This document shows positions 35,402 to 39,668 of a DNA stretch of 39,668 nt, piece by piece (within the stretch, counting starts at the first letter, position 1; the number at the start of each line of letters is the position of its first letter). Both the position numbers and the translations under genes were made by a program. This DNA comes from a virus. The notes under the pieces were generated by a model. The model did no database searches, was not told the origin of the DNA, and saw only the letters and a program-made list of their open reading frames with translations. The stretch spans positions 1 to 39,668 of the IMG/VR virus record IMGVR_UViG_3300045988_090415; one strand, written 5' to 3'.

Positions 35402-35987
35402 TAAAGTAATTGACGTTTCCTATTATCAGAAAGATATTGATTATGACGCAGTGGAAGCCGCTGGCGTACAAGGTGTTATCATTAAAATCTCCGAAGGATG
35501 TACAGAAGAAGACACATGGATTAGACACGTAAATGAATGTGATGCACGGGGTATCCCTTGGGGTGTCTACTGCTTCTCGCACGCTCAGACACCAGAAAGA
35601 GCAAAGGAAGAAGCACAGACGGTTTTGGACTTGCTCGGTGTTGATGTACCACCTATGGGGATTTGGTTTGATTGTGAAGCTGATGAATGTTTTGAAGACG
35701 GCGTAGACACAACGGCTATCTGCTCCGCTTTTATTGTCACTTGTAATGAAGCAGGATACAGCGCAGGTATTTACACTTCCTCGTTGAAATGCACAGATTA
35801 TATGACAAACTCTATTCGGCCTCACTTGCTGGCCGACTATGTTCCTTATTGGATTGCGGATTACCGTGGGTACAATGAGTTTGCTCAGAACTACCCCGAT
35901 AAGCATGTAGCAGGTTGGCAGTGGAGCGCCCATGAATATATTGGAGACACAGAGGTAGATATGAATGAATGGTATGAGGAGCTGTAA
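35394..35987 (+). CDS. Endolysin, glycoside hydrolase family 25 muramidase (catalytic domain only)
   Basis: N-terminus VIDVSYYQKDIDYDAVEAAGVQGVIIKISEG...GIPWGVYCFSHA is the GH25 signature. No cell-wall-binding domain follows. Confidence 0.85.
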   Translation: MISKVIDVSYYQKDIDYDAVEAAGVQGVIIKISEGCTEEDTWIRHVNECDARGIPWGVYCFSHAQTPERAKEEAQTVLDLLGVDVPPMGIWFDCEADECFEDGVDTTAICSAFIVTCNEAGYSAGIYTSSLKCTDYMTNSIRPHLLADYVPYWIADYRGYNEFAQNYPDKHVAGWQWSAHEYIGDTEVDMNEWYEEL

Positions 35988-36308
35988 ATGAATGAAGATG
36001 ACAACAAAACATATCCTGCAAAAGTGGTTCTTGTGTCTTTCGCTCTTGGTGTGCTTTTGTGCCTTTTCGGGTGTGTCTGCTTCTACAGTTCACGCACAGA
36101 AAGTAGAAATGTCAATCGAACAATTCAACAGCTTACGGCAGATGGTGACAGAGCTACAGAAGCAGTCAACAGCGCAGAAACAGGACTCTCAGAAGCTCAA
36201 GACACAGCTAACAGAATCTCAGAAAGAGTTGACGAAAGCACAAGTATACTTGACCGATTACAAGCAGAACTTGACAGAATTGCAGAAGCAAACGGACTCA
36301 CTGAATAA
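35988..36308 (+). CDS. Alternative-frame ORF: N-terminal TM or lipoprotein-like signal (LLCLFG-C) plus an acidic coiled coil
   Basis: Starts 4 nt before the previous feature, in a different frame, with GAGGAG 6 nt upstream. VVLVSFALGVLLCLFGCVCF, then a helical A/E/D-rich region. Codon choice looks as native as in the other frame. Confidence 0.4.
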   Translation: MNEDDNKTYPAKVVLVSFALGVLLCLFGCVCFYSSRTESRNVNRTIQQLTADGDRATEAVNSAETGLSEAQDTANRISERVDESTSILDRLQAELDRIAEANGLTE

Positions 36309-36390
36309 GACGACAAAGCGGATGAAAAGACAACGTGATTTAGCTTGGGTTGTCGCAGGTGGCTTATTAGTTTGGGGGTGTACACGATAA
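35992..36390 (+). CDS. Spanin-like protein: N-terminal signal/TM, Q/K-rich coiled coil, C-terminal hydrophobic segment
   Basis: MKMTTKHILQKWFLCLSLLVCFCAFSGVSAS..., a long coiled-coil-like middle, and C-terminal LAWVVAGGLLVWGC. It ends 1 nt before the next gene's ATG. Confidence 0.5.
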   Translation: MKMTTKHILQKWFLCLSLLVCFCAFSGVSASTVHAQKVEMSIEQFNSLRQMVTELQKQSTAQKQDSQKLKTQLTESQKELTKAQVYLTDYKQNLTELQKQTDSLNKTTKRMKRQRDLAWVVAGGLLVWGCTR

Positions 36391-36391
36391 T

Positions 36392-36574
36392 ATGGAAGAT
36401 ATAAATAGAAAGGATAATTTATGGAAAGCTATACGTGAAAAATGCCTTGATTGCTGTGTTGGTTCAATAAAAGAAGTAGATAAATGTACAATTAAAAGAT
36501 GTGCTTTATACCCTTATAGATATGGTCTGTCGGAGAAAAGATACTTAAAGAATCGTGAAAAATTGAAAAAGTAG
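36392..36574 (+). CDS. Small cysteine-rich (putative zinc-binding) protein
   Basis: 60 aa with KCLDCCVGS...VDKCTIKRCALYPYRYG. AT-rich, and followed by a terminator. Confidence 0.5.
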   Translation: MEDINRKDNLWKAIREKCLDCCVGSIKEVDKCTIKRCALYPYRYGLSEKRYLKNREKLKK

Positions 36575-36604
36575 CAGACCGTTCCCCATAATTTTTGTGT
36601 ATGA

Positions 36605-36647
36605 CTCCCTGTAGGTGTATTTACCTATGGGGAGCTTTATTATTTTT
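36605..36647 (+). terminator. Intrinsic terminator after the Cys-rich ORF
   Basis: CTCCCTGTAGGT (36605-36616) pairs with ACCTATGGGGAG (36623-36634) including two G-U pairs, followed by CTTTATTATTTTTA. Confidence 0.6.
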
Positions 36648-36661
36648 AAAAGGTGATTGTA

Positions 36662-36883
36662 ATGGCAAAAAATAAGGTTTTACATAAGTGCGACATTGTT
36701 CGTGTAGATGTACGCAATTTTCAGCAGATTGGTAGTGACTATGTATATGGTGAAGTTCAAAAACATATAGAAGGCATTGAAGGTAAATTATGTTATGACA
36801 TACGCCTATTAGGTACTGAAATGTTTATAGTTGTCTCTTGTGACAAGGTTAAGAAAGAGTGGAGTATGCATGACAATAAATAA
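36662..36883 (+). CDS. Stand-alone VRVDVRNF-domain protein (paralogue of the N-terminus of 7520-7954)
   Basis: MAKNKVLHKCDIVRVDVRNFQQIGSDYVYGEVQKHIEGIEGKLCYDIRLLGTEMFIVVSCDKVKK aligns along its length with KKVLRDYETVRVDVRNFDAIDGDYVYGEIQRNMDLAGVLCYEVRLRGTDTYIVVNEDRVQK. Confidence 0.55.
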   Translation: MAKNKVLHKCDIVRVDVRNFQQIGSDYVYGEVQKHIEGIEGKLCYDIRLLGTEMFIVVSCDKVKKEWSMHDNK

Positions 36884-37289
36884 GGTTTTATATAGCAGTG
36901 AAAATGAAGTGTGGGAGACACCGAAAGACCTATTTGATAAGCTGGATACTGAGTTCCATTTTGACATAGATGTGTGTGCCTTACCTTCCAATGCTAAATG
37001 TACTACTTTCTTTACTCCAGATCAGGATGGCTTGAAGCAGAAGTGGAAAGGTGTCTGCTGGATGAATCCTCCTTACGGCAGGAAGATTGGGGCATGGATG
37101 AGTAAAGCTTTGGAGTCAAAGACCACTGTGGTATGTCTCGTACCTGCCAGAACAGACACAAAGTGGTGGCATGACTATGCAATGAAAGCCTCTGAGATTC
37201 GCTTTGTAAAGGGCAGACTAAAGTTTGGAGACAGCAAGAATAGCGCTCCTTTTCCCAGTGCTATAATCGTATTCAGAAAAAAAAAATAA
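36870..37289 (+). CDS. Phage Dam-family DNA N6-adenine methyltransferase
   Basis: EVWETPKDLFDKLDTEFHFDIDVCA...WMNPPYG...CLVPARTDTKWWH...FVKGRLKF matches the PF05869-type pattern, including NPPY. ATG 36870 is preceded by GAGTGGAG. Confidence 0.8.
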   Translation: MTINKVLYSSENEVWETPKDLFDKLDTEFHFDIDVCALPSNAKCTTFFTPDQDGLKQKWKGVCWMNPPYGRKIGAWMSKALESKTTVVCLVPARTDTKWWHDYAMKASEIRFVKGRLKFGDSKNSAPFPSAIIVFRKKK

Positions 37290-37333
37290 TGAAAATATAA
37301 AGGTAACTAGCTTCGAGAAAGGGTGATAGTAGT

Positions 37334-37609
37334 ATGAGTAAAATCAATCCAAAACTGCTAGATATTCTGGCAGAAGAAGAGGTAAATGCCTTGATTGAGG
37401 GTATTCAGGACGAAGACTTGAGACACAGCCCCCAGTTTTTGGCAAAAGTCAGACAGTTCTTGAAAGATAATGAGTTAAAGACAACACCTGAAACAACAAC
37501 TCCTTTAGTGTCTATGGTTACGAAAGAACTTCCTGACTTCTTGGATGATGCTGAAGATGAAGGAGGTGATGTGAAGGGTGCAAGTTCAATGGACACCAGA
37601 GCAAATTGA
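37334..37609 (+). CDS. Terminase small subunit, gp18-like
   Basis: 91 aa (T7 gp18 is 89 aa), directly upstream of and overlapping the large terminase. Assigned by position. Confidence 0.55.
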   Translation: MSKINPKLLDILAEEEVNALIEGIQDEDLRHSPQFLAKVRQFLKDNELKTTPETTTPLVSMVTKELPDFLDDAEDEGGDVKGASSMDTRAN

Positions 37610-39296
37610 AGCGGCTAAGAAAGACTTCAGGAAGTTCTTGTTTATTCTCTGGTATGAAATCGCTCTTCCTGAACCAACAGACATACAGTATGCAATCGCA
37701 ACTCTCCTTATGAAATGCCCTGAGAAGAGGTACATTATTGAAGGGTTCCGTGGTGTTGCAAAGTCCTTCATCACTTGTGCTTATGTTGTGTGGTCACTTT
37801 GGAATGACCCTCAACTGAAATGTCTAATCATATCTGCAAGTAAAGATAGAGCGGATGCAAACGCTGTGTTCATCAGGAAGATAATCTACTTACTGGACTT
37901 TTTGTCGCATCTAAAACCACGGGACGGCCAGCGTAATACCCAAAACCTTTTTGATGTTGGGGAGGCTGTAGCGGATATTTCCCCGTCCGTAAAGTCTGTA
38001 GGTATCACTGGTCAGATAACAGGGAGTCGTGCAGACATATTGATTGCTGATGACGTTGAAATTCCAAACAATTCTAGTACACAGACACGAAGAGACAAGC
38101 TGTTTGAGGATGTAAAGGAATTTGACGCCATTATCAAGCCAGGGGACAGAAGCAAGGTCATATACCTTGGTACTCCACAGAACGAAATGTCCCTGTATAA
38201 TGAGCTTCAGAACCGTGGGTATTCCTGCTATATTTTCCCCTTAGTATACCCTGAAACACCAGAAGAACGTGAATACTATGGGGACAAATTAGCTCCCTTT
38301 ATTGCTACTCCTTACGACAAAAACCCCACTCTGTACGCAGGTAAACCTACAGATCCTCGCAGATTCCCTGAAGAAGAAATCGAGGAACGTAGGCTGTCCT
38401 ACGGTAAGGCGGGGTTTTCTTTGCAATTCAAACTGAATACGAACTTGTCTGACTACGAAAAATATCCTCTGAAGACACAGGACTTGATAGTGTCTAATGT
38501 GGACATGGATGAAACTTCTTTAAAGTGGTCTTGGTCAAGTGGTTATGAGTATCGCCTGAATGACCTTCCCTGTGTCGCCATTAAGGGTGACTTTTTCTAT
38601 CGTGAGCATAGCAGAAGTCAAGAGACAGCTAAGTATACAGGTTGTGTTATGGCTGTTGACCCTTCTGGTAGGGGTACTGACGAAACTGCCTACGCTATAG
38701 TGAAGTACCTGAATGGGTATCTTTTTGTAGTAGAAGTTGGTGGTTTTCAGGACGGTTACTCAGATGCCGTGTTGACACAGCTGGCTAACAAGGCTAAAAT
38801 CCATGGAGTTAATGAGATTATCGTAGAAGCAAACTTTGGGGACGGTATGTTCACCCAGCTGTTCAAGCCTATCCTAACTAGTATTTACCCATGTGCTATT
38901 CAGGAAGTGAAGAACACAGTACAGAAGGAAGCCCGTATTATAGACACCTTAGAGCCTGTTATGATGAGACACAAGATTATCATGGCTGAAACAGTTATTC
39001 GAGATGACTACAGCGTGTATGAGGAAAAGGGACAGAAATACTCACTGATTTATCAGATGACCCGACTAAGTAGAGATAGGGGTTCATTGGCACACGATGA
39101 CCGTTTAGATGCCCTGACTATGGCTGTGTCTTACTGGTTAGATGTCATGGATAGAGATTACCAGACTGGACTGGATGAGCAGTTAGAAGAATTTCTGGAG
39201 ACAGCTCTGGATGAAGATAGAGGGTTGTTCTCTATGATGTACGGAGTAGAAGAAGATGTAGGTAGTAATAGGAACATTATGAAGAAGAAATGGTAA
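37578..39296 (+). CDS. Terminase large subunit, gp19-like
   Basis: 572 aa. Walker-A-like FRGVAKSF, Walker B ILIADDVE, and a C-terminal nuclease-like region with acidic residues. GTG start 9 nt after AGGAGGTG. Confidence 0.85.
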   Translation: MQVQWTPEQIEAAKKDFRKFLFILWYEIALPEPTDIQYAIATLLMKCPEKRYIIEGFRGVAKSFITCAYVVWSLWNDPQLKCLIISASKDRADANAVFIRKIIYLLDFLSHLKPRDGQRNTQNLFDVGEAVADISPSVKSVGITGQITGSRADILIADDVEIPNNSSTQTRRDKLFEDVKEFDAIIKPGDRSKVIYLGTPQNEMSLYNELQNRGYSCYIFPLVYPETPEEREYYGDKLAPFIATPYDKNPTLYAGKPTDPRRFPEEEIEERRLSYGKAGFSLQFKLNTNLSDYEKYPLKTQDLIVSNVDMDETSLKWSWSSGYEYRLNDLPCVAIKGDFFYREHSRSQETAKYTGCVMAVDPSGRGTDETAYAIVKYLNGYLFVVEVGGFQDGYSDAVLTQLANKAKIHGVNEIIVEANFGDGMFTQLFKPILTSIYPCAIQEVKNTVQKEARIIDTLEPVMMRHKIIMAETVIRDDYSVYEEKGQKYSLIYQMTRLSRDRGSLAHDDRLDALTMAVSYWLDVMDRDYQTGLDEQLEEFLETALDEDRGLFSMMYGVEEDVGSNRNIMKKKW

Positions 39297-39316
39297 TTGT
39301 CCCACATATATACAAA
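39293..39316 (+). promoter_or_regulatory. Degenerate phage-RNAP promoter P6, overlapping the terminase stop codon
   Basis: GTAATTGTCCCACATATATACAAA. The upstream 16 nt match the consensus, but the initiation region diverges. Confidence 0.4.
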
Positions 39317-39320
39317 GTAG

Positions 39321-39344
39321 TTAATTGTCCCACATACAGAGGAA
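39321..39344 (+). promoter_or_regulatory. Phage-RNAP promoter P7 (consensus), facing the right att site
   Basis: Exact TTAATTGTCCCACATACAGAGGAA. Positional analogue of the T7 right-end promoter. Confidence 0.75.
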
Positions 39345-39570
39345 GGGGGAGGAAAACTAAAGTATATCTAAGTATTTCCTCTGTTCCTCTAGTATACCTA
39401 AGTATTCCTTAGTATTACAGTTAGGAGTCCTTTAGTATCCTAAAGAACACCGAACCTTAGGAACTCAAAGGGGACACAACTGGAACCCTAAGGGAACTCA
39501 CTAAGGAAAAACACCAACAACTACACCTAACTGCCTTCCATAAAGCATTACTAAGAGGGACACAGAGTTA
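39345..39570. repeat. Non-coding right arm with TAAGTA/CCTAAG repeats (second origin candidate and/or integrase arm sites)
   Basis: TAAGTATTCCTTAGTA at 39399-39414 is one mismatch from the 7306 and 7365 repeat. Multiple CTAAGTAT, CCTTAGG, CCCTAAGGG and TCCTAAAG elements. Confidence 0.45.
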
Positions 39571-39668
39571 CGATGGGCATCACCGTCGTCTTTGGTACGT
39601 CCATTGCGACTATCTTCGGCGTCTTCCTTATCCCCATGATGTTCATCATCGTAGAAACATTCGGACAC
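39571..39668. repeat. Right copy of the 98-bp direct repeat (candidate attR core)
   Basis: Identical to 1-98. The window ends exactly at the end of the repeat. Confidence 0.8.

Larger units (their letters stand above)
1..39668. mobile_element. Integrated temperate T7-like podophage (single-subunit RNAP, integrase, full structural, lysis and packaging set) flanked by 98-bp direct repeats
   Basis: Gene content and order are collinear with T7 (RNAP, SSB, endo I, primase-helicase, DNA pol, exonuclease, portal, scaffold, capsid, tail tube A/B, internal proteins, fiber, terminases). A tyrosine integrase sits at the left end. Identical 98-bp sequence at both window ends. Confidence 0.85.

Noticed and set aside
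37277-37286. An A10 homopolymer at the end of the methyltransferase gene as a phase-variation switch.
   Set aside because: The tract encodes only the last three lysines before the stop. Slippage would merely change or extend the extreme C-terminus by a few residues, so an on/off effect is unlikely.

Overview
The window is essentially one element: a complete, integrated T7-like podophage of about 39.5 kb, bounded by a perfect 98-bp direct repeat (1-98 = 39571-39668). The repeat lies inside the 3' end of an RND/AcrB-type efflux permease gene, so I read it as attL/attR.

Gene order left to right:
- Tyrosine integrase (minus strand), then an AT-rich secreted-protein moron.
- A ribbon-helix-helix (RHH) repressor candidate, divergent from a sigma70-type early promoter that carries four operator-like boxes.
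- An early operon: IS3-OrfA-like helix-turn-helix (HTH) protein, a very acidic protein, an SprT-like zinc protease, and a 76-aa ORF.
- A strong terminator, then the single-subunit RNA polymerase.
- A promoter/AT-repeat cluster, then the DNA-metabolism module: DUF3310 protein, dUTPase, gp2.5-like SSB, endonuclease I, a degenerate gp3.5-like protein, primase-helicase, NrdG, glutaredoxin-like protein, NrdD, DNA polymerase, ThyX and the 5'-3' exonuclease.
- T7-order structural genes: portal, scaffold, capsid, tail tube A and B, three internal virion proteins, and the tail fiber.
- A Firmicute-style lysis cassette: holin, GH25 endolysin, and spanin-like overlapping ORFs.
- A small accessory cassette that includes a Dam-family methyltransferase, then the small and large terminase.

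A 24-nt phage-specific promoter, TTAATTGTCCCACATACAGAGGAA, recurs seven times.

The signal I cannot explain with the annotation is a heptamer, TTTGTCT/AGACAAA. By hand count it is present about 88 times, against roughly 5 expected. It occurs in both orientations and in several reading frames, and it is absent from the rightmost 5 kb.

Other points worth a second look:
- The terminator-plus-self-promoter gate in front of the RNAP gene.
- Outward-facing promoters at the right end that connect to the left end only after excision.
- Two near-fully overlapping membrane/coiled-coil ORFs downstream of the endolysin.
- A gp3.5 homologue that appears catalytically dead.

All product calls rest on motif recognition and on my recall of T7 proteins; no database search was possible. 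Host inference (an anaerobic diderm, possibly a Negativicute) is tentative.
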